25,619 bases of DNA from IMG/VR virus record IMGVR_UViG_3300029823_000017, positions 1 to 25,619 of that record. One strand, given 5' to 3'. The position numbers and the translations under genes are program-made. The notes beneath the pieces are model-generated. The model was not told the origin of the DNA and ran no database searches. It worked only from the letters and a program-made list of their open reading frames with translations. Source of the stretch: a virus. Its lineage: Duplodnaviria > Caudoviricetes. This document shows, piece by piece, positions 15,977 through 24,982 of this stretch. The first letter of the stretch is position 1. Each line of letters begins with the position of its first letter.

Positions 15977-16500
15977 ATTATTGTTTACCTGATATGAATG
16001 TAAGAGCAAAATATAAAATGGATGTTGAAGAAGTACTAATAAATGATCAGAATATTGTAAATCTTCTTTTGCCAAATCCTAATCCTAATATTGATATTAC
16101 AGAACAGTTGTTAGGTTATATGGATGACGGTAACATTTGGCACGATGGAGTTATATTCCCATATTTATATGTCCCACCTGATGCGACAGCAGACTCAGTT
16201 GCTTCTACTTATATTTGTTTAGAATCGGTGATAAGACCTAAAACTGACAAAATACAGGGTATGTATCTATACTTTACGTTATTTACTCATAAGTCTTTGA
16301 TGAGATATACATTGGATCAATATTATGGTGATAGAATAGATATTCTTTTATCATTGGTAAATAATTTGCTTGTTGTACCAAATAAATTTGGTATTGGTTC
16401 ATTTATACCTGAAGAGCCTAAACCTTATTATCCAGCAAAAGATTATTATGGACTAGCGATTAGATATGTAGTACCTGATTTCAAGGTGAAGAAGTTGTGA
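15973..16500 (+). CDS. Putative tail completion/terminator protein
   Basis: 175 aa, GTGA overlap, IFPYLYVP, RIDILLSLV, FGIG blocks; position in neck module. Confidence 0.6.
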   Translation: MNYCLPDMNVRAKYKMDVEEVLINDQNIVNLLLPNPNPNIDITEQLLGYMDDGNIWHDGVIFPYLYVPPDATADSVASTYICLESVIRPKTDKIQGMYLYFTLFTHKSLMRYTLDQYYGDRIDILLSLVNNLLVVPNKFGIGSFIPEEPKPYYPAKDYYGLAIRYVVPDFKVKKL

Positions 16501-17255
16501 AATTAGATTACTTGACTTTGTTAGGTTCTGAACCTGTTTACATAAAAGATATTGGAAGTGTTAAGTCACCTACATTAAGAGATGTTAGAAAATTAGGTTT
16601 TGAAAACTATAATATGTATATGGCTATTTTAAATTTTGATAAAAAACAATTTATTAAAGTGTTTAATCTTAAAGATCAAACCATTATTGATAAAGAGTAT
16701 TTCGATATTGTTTTTGATAGTCAAGAATTTAGAGAAATGTTTTATAACATTTTCTCTTTTTTTATGTGTGAAAAAGTTTATGTTGATATAGCAGACAAAT
16801 GTTATGTGCTGTATGTAGAAAATCCAAAGCCTAAAAATAAAAATGATAAACAATTTATTGCTGGAATTATTAGAAAAGATAATTTTGAAATAGTTAAAGA
16901 TATTATTTTGCAATTTAATTATTGTAATAATGATGAAATTAGGTCAACAAAACCTGTGGGAAAGCATACAGCAGAATTACTTGAAAAAAGCAAGAAATAT
17001 AAAGAAAAATTTGCAGAACAAAACAAAGAAGCAGATAAAGATATCTCACTTCCAAATATCATTTCTAAAATAGCTACATATAGCAATTCAATTAATTTTT
17101 TGAATATATGGGATTTAACTATATTTCAAATATTTGATATGTTTGCAACTTTAAGCAATAAACAAATAACTGATATGTGTAATATGTCTTATTCAGTTTG
17201 GGGTGGGAATCATGATATTCCAAAATGGTATAAGAGTACATATAAAAATATTTAA
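16497..17255 (+). CDS. Conserved phage tail-module protein
   Basis: 252 aa, GTGA overlap, SPTLRDV and IWDLTIFQIFDMF blocks; directly before the tail tube gene. Confidence 0.65.
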   Translation: MKLDYLTLLGSEPVYIKDIGSVKSPTLRDVRKLGFENYNMYMAILNFDKKQFIKVFNLKDQTIIDKEYFDIVFDSQEFREMFYNIFSFFMCEKVYVDIADKCYVLYVENPKPKNKNDKQFIAGIIRKDNFEIVKDIILQFNYCNNDEIRSTKPVGKHTAELLEKSKKYKEKFAEQNKEADKDISLPNIISKIATYSNSINFLNIWDLTIFQIFDMFATLSNKQITDMCNMSYSVWGGNHDIPKWYKSTYKNI

Positions 17256-17276
17256 ACGAGAAAGGATGATTATATA

Positions 17277-18044
17277 ATGGCAGATGCTACTATGAGTGCA
17301 ATTCAGCAGATGGCTAATCGTGAAGTATTTAATAACACATTTCGCAATGCTTCTGATGGTTCTATTTTTGATTATATTGATTATGCAAATACAGGTGATG
17401 TAGATTACAAGACTACAACTGTGTATGCTACCGGAGGTCAAGGCGGCGGTCGTAAGGTAGGTTTTACTGGCTCTCCACAGGCAACAATGAAGTTTACTAC
17501 ACAGCTTGTAACTCCTAAACTTATTTCAATGCTTGCTGGTTCTGAAATTATTACAGGCAAGAATGTATTCCGTCATAAGGTAATTACTTCTGTAACTGCC
17601 GAAACAACAACTACTATTACGTTTCCTACCACAGAAACTCCTGCGGTTGGTACTCTTTCTGTATATCCTAAAGGTGTAGAGCTGATCGACACTAATAAAA
17701 CTGCTGGTACACTTTCGGCAGGTGTATTTACATTTACCACAAAAGCAACTACAGATGGAGAATACGAATGTTTTTATCAGACTGCTATTACTGGTTCTCA
17801 GACCGTTACATTTAAATCCGATAAGTTCCCGAAAGATTTTATTTGGGATGGAGAAACCATTTGGAAAGGCGAAGATGGTACTACAAGAACTGAAATTTTC
17901 CATGCTTATAAGGTAACTCCTCAGCAGAACTTTACAATGAGTTATCAAAATACAGGTGATCCGGGAAAATTCGAGATCGTGTTTGATTTGTTTGCCGACA
18001 AAGATAATAATATCTTTGATAAGACATTTTTACCTGAAGAATAA
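17277..18044 (+). CDS. Major tail tube protein
   Basis: 255 aa T/G-rich; VYATGGQGG, SDKFPKDF, NTGDPGKFEIVFD; followed by a terminator. Confidence 0.75.
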   Translation: MADATMSAIQQMANREVFNNTFRNASDGSIFDYIDYANTGDVDYKTTTVYATGGQGGGRKVGFTGSPQATMKFTTQLVTPKLISMLAGSEIITGKNVFRHKVITSVTAETTTTITFPTTETPAVGTLSVYPKGVELIDTNKTAGTLSAGVFTFTTKATTDGEYECFYQTAITGSQTVTFKSDKFPKDFIWDGETIWKGEDGTTRTEIFHAYKVTPQQNFTMSYQNTGDPGKFEIVFDLFADKDNNIFDKTFLPEE

Positions 18045-18081
18045 TATTAAAGTCTAGAAACCAAACCGATTTATAAATTGA

Positions 18082-18127
18082 TGGGATGGTGATGTAGCTT
18101 ATCACTATTTCACTATCCCAATTTTTT
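18082..18127 (+). terminator. Intrinsic terminator after tail tube gene
   Basis: TGGGATGGTGA...TCACTATCCCA stem followed by ATTTTTT. Confidence 0.72.
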
Positions 18128-18165
18128 ACGTTTAAGAAGATGATTATATAATTAATAAACCAATT

Positions 18166-18717
18166 TTGAAGTTAATATCCCCCGTTCCATGTTCAGTTAA
18201 TCATTATATGAAACCAAGACCATTTTTAGCACATGGCAAAGCAATGGTAACAATGTATGAAACAGCAGAAGCAAAAGCGTATAAAAAACAATTCTGTAAA
18301 TATGTAAAAGAAGAAATCATAAAACAAAAATTCAATATACTTCCTAACAAAACACAGCATTGGTATATTGACTGTGTTTTTTATTTTGATCGCATTGATA
18401 AAGACGCAAATAATTATTTTAAACTGTTGTTAGATTCAATTACAGAAACACAGTCTATTTGGTTAGATGATAACACAACTTGTGAGAGAGTCAATGCTAT
18501 TTATTATGATAATAAAAATCCTCATATTGAATTAACTATACATCCTGTTGATTACATAGGTATCTTTGATAATCAAGAACAATTAGATAAATTTAAATCT
18601 AATTGCATCCATTGTAGGAAATACAAGGAAGGGAAATGTAGTGTGTTAAATAATGCAATAGAAGGACGAATTCAAGATGATATTGTTAAATTAAATTGTG
18701 TAAAAAAGAAGGTATAA
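18166..18717 (+). CDS. rusA: RusA-family Holliday junction resolvase with C-terminal Cys cluster
   Basis: PCSVNHY, DKDANNYFKLLLDSIT, WLDD motifs; C-terminal CIHC..C..C; true start may be ATA/ATT at 18148/18151. Confidence 0.85.
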   Translation: MKLISPVPCSVNHYMKPRPFLAHGKAMVTMYETAEAKAYKKQFCKYVKEEIIKQKFNILPNKTQHWYIDCVFYFDRIDKDANNYFKLLLDSITETQSIWLDDNTTCERVNAIYYDNKNPHIELTIHPVDYIGIFDNQEQLDKFKSNCIHCRKYKEGKCSVLNNAIEGRIQDDIVKLNCVKKKV

Positions 18718-18718
18718 A

Positions 18719-19462
18719 GTGACAGAAAAGAAATATTGTGTATATTTACATACAAGTCCAAGCAATAAATATTATGTCGGAATAACTAGCCAAGCACCTG
18801 AAGGTAGATGGGGTAAGGGTGGTTTTAGATATAAGCGAAATCATCATTTTTGGAACGCAATACAAAAATATGGATGGAATAATTTTAAGCATGAAATTAT
18901 ATTTGAAAATCTAACAGAAAATGAAGCAAAAGCAAAAGAACATGAAATGGTAATGATGTTAAAATCATATGATAGTAATTATGGTTACAATATGACAGAA
19001 GGTGGAGATACTGTATTTAAACCAACTATTGAAAGTAGAAGGAAAATGAGTTTAGCCAAAAAAGGTCAAACATATATGGCAGATATTGCAAGGGAGATGT
19101 TTTCAAAACCAGTTAAACAATATGGTTTAGACCATACATATATAAAAACATGGAATAGCGTATCAGATGCAGAAAGAGCATTAAATATATGTCATGAATG
19201 TATTTGTGATGTTTGCAATGGAAAATTAAATAAGGCTGGAGGCTACTATTGGTCTTATGTGGGTAATAAACCATTGTTTAGAGAGAATCATCAAGTAAGA
19301 CCTGTAAAACAAATTGATTTAGTAACTGGTAAAATAATTAATATTTTCCCATCAATGAAATCAGCAGGTAATAAATTACATATTAATTATAAAAATATCC
19401 AATTGGTTTGTGTAAATAAAAGAAATAAGGCCGGAGGTTATGGATGGGAATACGTCGCATAA
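18719..19462 (+). CDS. Free-standing GIY-YIG homing endonuclease with NUMOD3 and two NUMOD1-like repeats
   Basis: CVYLHT...YYVGIT, AIQKYGWNNF, GYNMTEGG, RRKMSLAKKG, two PVKQ...KAGGY.W.Y repeats. Confidence 0.9.
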   Translation: MTEKKYCVYLHTSPSNKYYVGITSQAPEGRWGKGGFRYKRNHHFWNAIQKYGWNNFKHEIIFENLTENEAKAKEHEMVMMLKSYDSNYGYNMTEGGDTVFKPTIESRRKMSLAKKGQTYMADIAREMFSKPVKQYGLDHTYIKTWNSVSDAERALNICHECICDVCNGKLNKAGGYYWSYVGNKPLFRENHQVRPVKQIDLVTGKIINIFPSMKSAGNKLHINYKNIQLVCVNKRNKAGGYGWEYVA

Positions 19463-19524
19463 AAGATGCAATTTGTATAGGTCAAGCATACATAAAATCC
19501 AATAATATTAAAGGAGAAAATTAA
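19444..19524 (+). pseudogene. Probable internally deleted RuvC-like resolvase remnant (26-aa mini-ORF)
   Basis: SD GGAGG (19433-19437), ATG 19444, MGIRRIKDAICIGQAYIKSNNIKGEN*; DAICIG resembles the last catalytic motif of RuvC-like resolvases. Confidence 0.45.
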
Positions 19525-19527
19525 TTA

Positions 19528-20217
19528 ATGAGTAATAAAGTATCTATTAAGGATATTAAGGCGGCTGTAAAAGCAAATAAACAGGATCCGATCAAATTTA
19601 CATTTGGTTCAGGCGAAAATACGATTGATGTCGAATTTCAGCCGAGTTTGAGTTTAACAGATGAAATTCTATTTGTTCAACGAGTAGTAAATGGGGTGTT
19701 TATTGGTGATGAATATCATAACGAATACAAGGACATTGTATTTACAAATGTATTATTGGATATGATGTCTAATTTATCTTTACCTTATATGGGTACAGGT
19801 AATGATAAGGTAACCAATTTATCTATCCTTAAAGATTGGGACAATGCCCTACATTTTAAGAACATAATCTATAAAGAGGGAAAGCCGTCAAGTAATTCAC
19901 CAGAAAATGTAAATAATTTTTCAGATTATGTAGAGCATCTTGAAGATATGGTTGAAGATAAGATTGAATATATTAAAGAACATAATTTTAACAAGTCTAA
20001 ACTTGATGAATTGTTTGATACGGTAAATGAAGAAGTTAAGAAATTCAGTTCTAAATTTGATAATATTGATATAAAACAGTTTGCAGAAGATTTACATAAA
20101 ATTTCTGGAATGGTTGGAAATGTAGATACTAAAACAATAATTGATGAAATTGTTAAAGCAAATCAGAAAACAGATAGTAAAGATAAAATTGTAAATATTG
20201 CAGATGTAAAACAGTAA
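19528..20217 (+). CDS. Phage hypothetical protein
   Basis: 229 aa with SD AAGGAG. Confidence 0.8.
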   Translation: MSNKVSIKDIKAAVKANKQDPIKFTFGSGENTIDVEFQPSLSLTDEILFVQRVVNGVFIGDEYHNEYKDIVFTNVLLDMMSNLSLPYMGTGNDKVTNLSILKDWDNALHFKNIIYKEGKPSSNSPENVNNFSDYVEHLEDMVEDKIEYIKEHNFNKSKLDELFDTVNEEVKKFSSKFDNIDIKQFAEDLHKISGMVGNVDTKTIIDEIVKANQKTDSKDKIVNIADVKQ

Positions 20218-20263
20218 TGGGTAGGCCTTCCCTACTCTATCTTATTGTAAAGGATGATTACAT

Positions 20264-20422
20264 ATAAAAATATTTAATATTAAACAGGCCGATATTTTTA
20301 TTAAGAATGGTGCAATACCCATTGGTACTGGATTAGGAAATAAGTACAAGACTTACATAGAATTTAAAGAAGATAAAACATTTAAACAATTAATGACACG
20401 GTGGATGGCTAAAGAATTTTAG
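20264..20422 (+). CDS. Small phage protein (52 aa), probable ATA start; missed by the ORF track
   Basis: SD AAGGATGA, then ATA AAA ATA TTT... giving (M)KIFNIKQADIFIKNGAIPIGTGLGNKYKTYIEFKEDKTFKQLMTRWMAKEF*; fills the intergenic gap. Confidence 0.6.
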   Translation: MKIFNIKQADIFIKNGAIPIGTGLGNKYKTYIEFKEDKTFKQLMTRWMAKEF

Positions 20423-20438
20423 TCACCCACTTTTATTA
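20401..20438 (+). terminator. Terminator-like hairpin overlapping the end of the small ORF
   Basis: GTGGATGGCTAAA...TTTAGTCACCCAC followed by TTTTATT. Confidence 0.6.
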
Positions 20439-20466
20439 TGCAAAGATTTAAGGAGGATGTTAAAGT

Positions 20467-21645
20467 ATGAGTAGACAATATGCTAGGAAAGCAGGTTCGC
20501 ATAGTTTTAGTAACGAAGAAATGATAAAATTAACACGAGAATTTTATAATAAGTATCATAAGATTGTATTAAGAGATTTTATATCGAAAAATAATTTGCC
20601 TTCTTCTGTTACAATGCTTAAACAATTTGGTTCATTAAAATCTTTATTAGAACAAGCGAAAATACCTATCTCAAAAGAAAACCAGCATAATTTTGATAGA
20701 ATAAAATTGTCTGATAAAGAATTGTTAGATAGTTTAAAAATAGAATCCGATAAATATTTTATAAAGCATGGATGTTTGATGACATATGATGAAATTGATA
20801 GCAATATCAATTTGCAGTCATCGTCAACCTATCTTAATAGATTCGGTACATTAAATGAAATTTATACAATGATAGGTTATTCAATTTCCGATATTTCTAA
20901 ACTTAATAAAACATATTTTGAGCAAGATATGTTATTAAAATATAAACAATCTTGTGAAAAATACAATCATACATTAAATAGTAGAGAAATTAATAAATTA
21001 CATCAAATATATCCAGATGAAATTTATGCAATGGAAACTTATATAAATCATTTTGGTAATTTACATACAGTACAGCAAAAATGCGGGTACGTTCCTACAG
21101 TTTTAGGTAAAAATATTACAAAAGATGAATCTATAGAACTATTAAAAAGGTTAGCTAAAGAATTGAATCATACCCCTCAACAACAGGATTTGATTAAATA
21201 TGATTATATGCCAAGTTGTAGTTATTATATCAATAATTTCGGTACATTCAAAGAAGCATTAAAAATAGCCAACCTTAAATCTTCAAAAATTTATATTACA
21301 AGCAAAGGTACAAAATGCAATTCTGCGTTTGAATATAAATTAGCATTAACGCTTGAAAAATATAATGTTAATTTTGAAAAAGAAGTTATGTATTCCAATG
21401 TAATTCCTAATTTTAAAAGAAAGTACAGATTTGATTTTGTTATAAAAATTGATAATATCAAATATTATATTGAGTTATTTGGTATTAAGAATAATCTTAA
21501 ATATAATCAGCGAAAGCAAGAAAAAATTATTTTATGTAAAAATAATAATATTCCTTTGATTGAATTATATCAAGAAGATTTATTTTTAAAAAAAGAAAGT
21601 GAAATTTATAAATATATCAATGAATACATAAAACAATTTATTTAA
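20467..21645 (+). CDS. Putative homing endonuclease: four homing-endonuclease-associated repeats plus PD-(D/E)xK-like nuclease domain
   Basis: Four ~70-aa repeats ending FGSL/FGTL/FGNL/FGTF; C-terminal SAFE...YRFDFVI...YYIELFG...KQEKIILCKNNNIPLIEL. Confidence 0.75.
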   Translation: MSRQYARKAGSHSFSNEEMIKLTREFYNKYHKIVLRDFISKNNLPSSVTMLKQFGSLKSLLEQAKIPISKENQHNFDRIKLSDKELLDSLKIESDKYFIKHGCLMTYDEIDSNINLQSSSTYLNRFGTLNEIYTMIGYSISDISKLNKTYFEQDMLLKYKQSCEKYNHTLNSREINKLHQIYPDEIYAMETYINHFGNLHTVQQKCGYVPTVLGKNITKDESIELLKRLAKELNHTPQQQDLIKYDYMPSCSYYINNFGTFKEALKIANLKSSKIYITSKGTKCNSAFEYKLALTLEKYNVNFEKEVMYSNVIPNFKRKYRFDFVIKIDNIKYYIELFGIKNNLKYNQRKQEKIILCKNNNIPLIELYQEDLFLKKESEIYKYINEYIKQFI

Positions 21646-21662
21646 AAAGGAATGGGGATAGG

Positions 21663-22670
21663 ATGGAGAGATTAAATGATATAACAGAAGAAGAATGGAA
21701 TAAATGTAATAAATTTAATCGTGATATAATGCAAGATTTTTTAGACAATTCAACTGAACTTTCGCCACAGACATTAACTGCATATCATTCTAATTTAATG
21801 ATTTGGTTTAATTGGGTAAGAGAAAATCTTGATAATATAAAAGAGATAGATATAAAAAGCAGAGATTATCTAAAATTTCAAAATTGGTTATTTAGATTAG
21901 ATCACTCAACGTCAGATGTACATAATAAAAGATCAGCTATTAGTTCATTAAATAATTATATAATGCTTTATTACGAAGATCGCTATCCTACATTTCATAA
22001 CTTCATTAATAAAGCTATTAAAATGCCCGAAAAAACATTTGTTCATGAAAAGCAACCTTTAACGAAAGCAGAATTAACTGATTTAACAAATAAATTGGTA
22101 GAACTTGGAGAATGGCAAAAATTGGCATATATAAAATTTACATACGAAACTGGCTGTCGTAGAGGTGAAAGCAGACAGCTTCGTAAAGATATTATAAATG
22201 CTAAACCTATTATAAAAACAAAAACAGTTAAAAATGAAGATGGTGTAGAAGAACAGAAAGAGATTAAATATTACTTAACACCTAAGATTCGTTGTAAAGG
22301 CAAGTCTAAAGTAGGGAAAGTAAGACGTTTAAAGTTTAGCGATTATGCTATGGATGCTTTGAAGAAATGGGTTCAAGAACGTGGTGAAGATGATTGTCCT
22401 TATATGTTTATTACTAAATTTCATGGAGAAATAAAGCAAGTTAGCATAAGCACGTTTAATACATGGTCAAAATCATTATTTACAAAACTTGTTGGTCGTA
22501 GATTTCATCCTCATTTACTTAGAGAAAGTAGAGCAACAGCTATCGTTGTTGAAGATGGTAAAGATATTGAAGTCGCACAAAAGCTCCTCGGACACAATAG
22601 CGTAGAAACTACGAAAATTTATGTAATTAAAGACGATGACGATGATGACGATGAGTTATTTGAAGAATAA
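21663..22670 (+). CDS. Tyrosine recombinase (SPbeta YomM-like position)
   Basis: TGCRRGE, GK, HPHLLR, LLGH, TTKIY catalytic set; acidic C-terminal tail. Confidence 0.92.
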   Translation: MERLNDITEEEWNKCNKFNRDIMQDFLDNSTELSPQTLTAYHSNLMIWFNWVRENLDNIKEIDIKSRDYLKFQNWLFRLDHSTSDVHNKRSAISSLNNYIMLYYEDRYPTFHNFINKAIKMPEKTFVHEKQPLTKAELTDLTNKLVELGEWQKLAYIKFTYETGCRRGESRQLRKDIINAKPIIKTKTVKNEDGVEEQKEIKYYLTPKIRCKGKSKVGKVRRLKFSDYAMDALKKWVQERGEDDCPYMFITKFHGEIKQVSISTFNTWSKSLFTKLVGRRFHPHLLRESRATAIVVEDGKDIEVAQKLLGHNSVETTKIYVIKDDDDDDDELFEE

Positions 22671-22712
22671 TTCATTCTAAAAATAAATAAAACAAAGGAA
22701 GTAGATTAATTT

Positions 22713-22979
22713 ATGCACGATATATTCATGTTCGTTGCAGGTATCGTATTTACGGTATTCGCACTTCCAGTTCTACAAACAATTAGTGATACATTTGTAA
22801 CATTAGGTCAATGGTTACTTTCAGTTTTTAATTTACATATAGTAAGAAATAATTCAATCATTCAGAGTTATCAAAATCCTTCTGAAACACAAGCTATAGG
22901 ATTTCAAGCACCTGATGAAGAATATTATGACGAAGATGATGAACCTGACGAAAAATTAAAAATTGGATTTAGAGGTTGA
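22713..22979 (+). CDS. Small membrane protein with acidic C-terminus
   Basis: 88 aa, hydrophobic N-terminal helix, two IGF motifs flanking an acidic patch. Confidence 0.7.
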   Translation: MHDIFMFVAGIVFTVFALPVLQTISDTFVTLGQWLLSVFNLHIVRNNSIIQSYQNPSETQAIGFQAPDEEYYDEDDEPDEKLKIGFRG

Positions 22980-22982
22980 TAT

Positions 22983-24179
22983 ATGAACAAATTTTATGAT
23001 ACAAATGCTCTGCTCGATTTACAAGAAGAAATTCTGAATGACCCTTTTATTATTTCTTCTAAATCTCTTGAAGAAATTGAACATATAAAAGTTAGTAACA
23101 AACCTGAGAATATAAAATACAAAGCAAGAAAAGTTGGGCATATACTTGATAATAATATTAATAAATTCAAAGTATCTATTGTAAACAGTGATACATATAA
23201 AATTCTTGAACAGTTTAATTTACCAGAGAGCCCAGACAATTTAATTCTTGCTTGTGCTTATATTGAAAATAAAATAAATCCGTTAATTTTTATTTCAGGA
23301 GATATTTGTTGCAAGTTACTTGGACGTAACATATTTCAATTGAATGTTAAAAGTATTAATGATTTTCAAGATGAAATGTATAAAGGATATTCTTTGATTA
23401 AAGGTAGTTCCAATGAAATCAATGAATATATGAATAATATTGATTATTCTAAATGGTATATAAATCAATATCTAATTATTGAAAATACAGATGAAAATAA
23501 AGCAACAGAAATGAAATACAATGGTGAAAAGTTTGTTTCGCTAAAGCTTCCATCGTCTAACTTTATTAAAGGCAAAAATTCATTACAACGTTGTGCTTTA
23601 GATTTACTTATGAATAAAGATATTCCTATTGTAGCTATCCTTGGTGGTTATGGTTCTGGTAAAACTATGCTTTCTATGAAAATGGCTTTATATGACGTAA
23701 CCGAAAAAGGCAATCAAACTAAAATTGTTGGTATTCGTGAATGTATGGGCGAAGGTAAAGAAATTGGATATCTACCCGGAAGTTTTGATGAGAAGACTGG
23801 TAAGTTCTTCAAGCCACTTGAACAACAGCTTGATGGTGGAGAATTTGAAATGAAAGGACTTACTCAGCGTGGTACTTTGGATGTTATGATTCCCTATTAT
23901 CTAAAAGGTACTACCTATTCTAATAGTATTTTGCTTTGTGATGAGGCAGAGGATTTAACGGAAAGTCAAATTCGTCTTATTGGTACACGGCTTGGAGAAA
24001 ACAGTCGTGTATTTTTTGATGGTGACTTCAATCAATCTTTAATTAATAAGACACAAACAAATCCCCTTGTAAAAATGTGCAATGAACTAAAGGGTAATCC
24101 GATGTTTGGTTGTATTGTTTTGGATGAAGATGTAAGAAGTAATGCTAGTAAAGTATTTGCTAATTTATTTAAGATGTAA
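22983..24179 (+). CDS. phoH: PIN-domain PhoH-family ATPase
   Basis: N-terminal YDTNALL, PDNLILA, ISGD (PIN); GGYGSGKT Walker A, IGYLPG, DEAED, TRLGENS, DGDFNQ, VRS. Confidence 0.92.
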   Translation: MNKFYDTNALLDLQEEILNDPFIISSKSLEEIEHIKVSNKPENIKYKARKVGHILDNNINKFKVSIVNSDTYKILEQFNLPESPDNLILACAYIENKINPLIFISGDICCKLLGRNIFQLNVKSINDFQDEMYKGYSLIKGSSNEINEYMNNIDYSKWYINQYLIIENTDENKATEMKYNGEKFVSLKLPSSNFIKGKNSLQRCALDLLMNKDIPIVAILGGYGSGKTMLSMKMALYDVTEKGNQTKIVGIRECMGEGKEIGYLPGSFDEKTGKFFKPLEQQLDGGEFEMKGLTQRGTLDVMIPYYLKGTTYSNSILLCDEAEDLTESQIRLIGTRLGENSRVFFDGDFNQSLINKTQTNPLVKMCNELKGNPMFGCIVLDEDVRSNASKVFANLFKM

Positions 24180-24182
24180 AGG

Positions 24183-24362
24183 ATGACTAATATAAATACT
24201 TATAAATCAATATTCAAACCAAAGATTGCACGAGAATTGCTACGTATGGGTAATCCGATATATGATATTAAGGCATGTAAAGAAAACTCAGATAGAACAA
24301 TATTTATATTTGAAAAAACAGAAAAGTTTGTAAATGATTTGGCTACTGTGCAAAAACAGTAG
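24183..24362 (+). CDS. Small phage protein (59 aa, DUF5659-like); below the track cutoff
   Basis: MTNINTYKSIFKPKIARELLRMGNPIYDIKACKENSDRTIFIFEKTEKFVNDLATVQKQ*; SD spacing would favour ATA at 24192. Confidence 0.7.
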   Translation: MTNINTYKSIFKPKIARELLRMGNPIYDIKACKENSDRTIFIFEKTEKFVNDLATVQKQ

Positions 24363-24399
24363 CTTTTCTTATTAAGTACAATAGAAAGAAGGAATATTA

Positions 24400-24435
24400 A
24401 TGATTAAACTTGGAGATGTAAATTATAATTTTTAT
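24400..24435 (+). pseudogene. 5' fragment of a gene interrupted by the IS605 insertion
   Basis: SD AAGAAGGAA, ATG 24400, MIKLGDVNYNFY, then the IS left end supplies AGG TAA. Confidence 0.5.
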
Positions 24436-24523
24436 AGGTAACGCGAGAACACCCGTGACTTTAGTCATGGGATGAATCGCTTACATATGTCGTTGGATAT
24501 TTCAAATAAATGCTGATAAATAC

Positions 24524-24552
24524 TTGACTTTGTTATATACATATGTTAAACT
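24524..24552 (+). promoter_or_regulatory. sigmaA-type promoter for tnpA
   Basis: TTGACT, 17-bp spacer, TAAACT with TG-n extended -10. Confidence 0.65.
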
Positions 24553-24570
24553 GCATTCAGGTGATAATAA

Positions 24571-24972
24571 ATGGAAGTTAAGTCAGGTAGAGGATATGTG
24601 TATTCAATTCAATATCATATTGTTTGGTGTGTAAAATATAGACATAAAATAATTACTTCAACAATAGAAAAGTCATTAATTGAAATATTACAAAAAATAG
24701 CAAATGATAATAACTTTTCAATTATTGAAGTTAATACAGATTTAGATCATGTCCATTTATTAATAGATTGTACTCCCCAACATTATATTCCTGATATGAT
24801 AAAAGCTTTAAAGGGTGTAAGTGCTAGGTTATTAATGAAAGAATATAGTTGCGTTTTAAAAAGTAAATTATGGGGCGGTCATCTATGGAATCCATCATAT
24901 TTTATAGCAACCGTTAGCGAAAATACAGAAGAACAAATAAAAAACTATATTAAAAATCAAAAACAGAAGTGA
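24571..24972 (+). CDS. tnpA: IS200/IS605 Y1 HUH transposase TnpA
   Basis: YHIVWCVKYR, DHVHLL (HUH), KGVSAR, LWNPSYF, YIKNQ. Confidence 0.97.
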   Translation: MEVKSGRGYVYSIQYHIVWCVKYRHKIITSTIEKSLIEILQKIANDNNFSIIEVNTDLDHVHLLIDCTPQHYIPDMIKALKGVSARLLMKEYSCVLKSKLWGGHLWNPSYFIATVSENTEEQIKNYIKNQKQK

Positions 24973-24982
24973 GGTGAATAAT

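Noticed and set aside
211-23239. All minus-strand ORFs in the track, and + strand 17722..17916
   Set aside because: They shadow well-supported + strand genes, have F/I/L/S-biased antisense composition and show no motifs.
5452-24530. The three repeated segments as a CRISPR array, att sites or riboswitch
   Set aside because: They are dispersed, lack spacer periodicity and are fully explained as IS605 ends.
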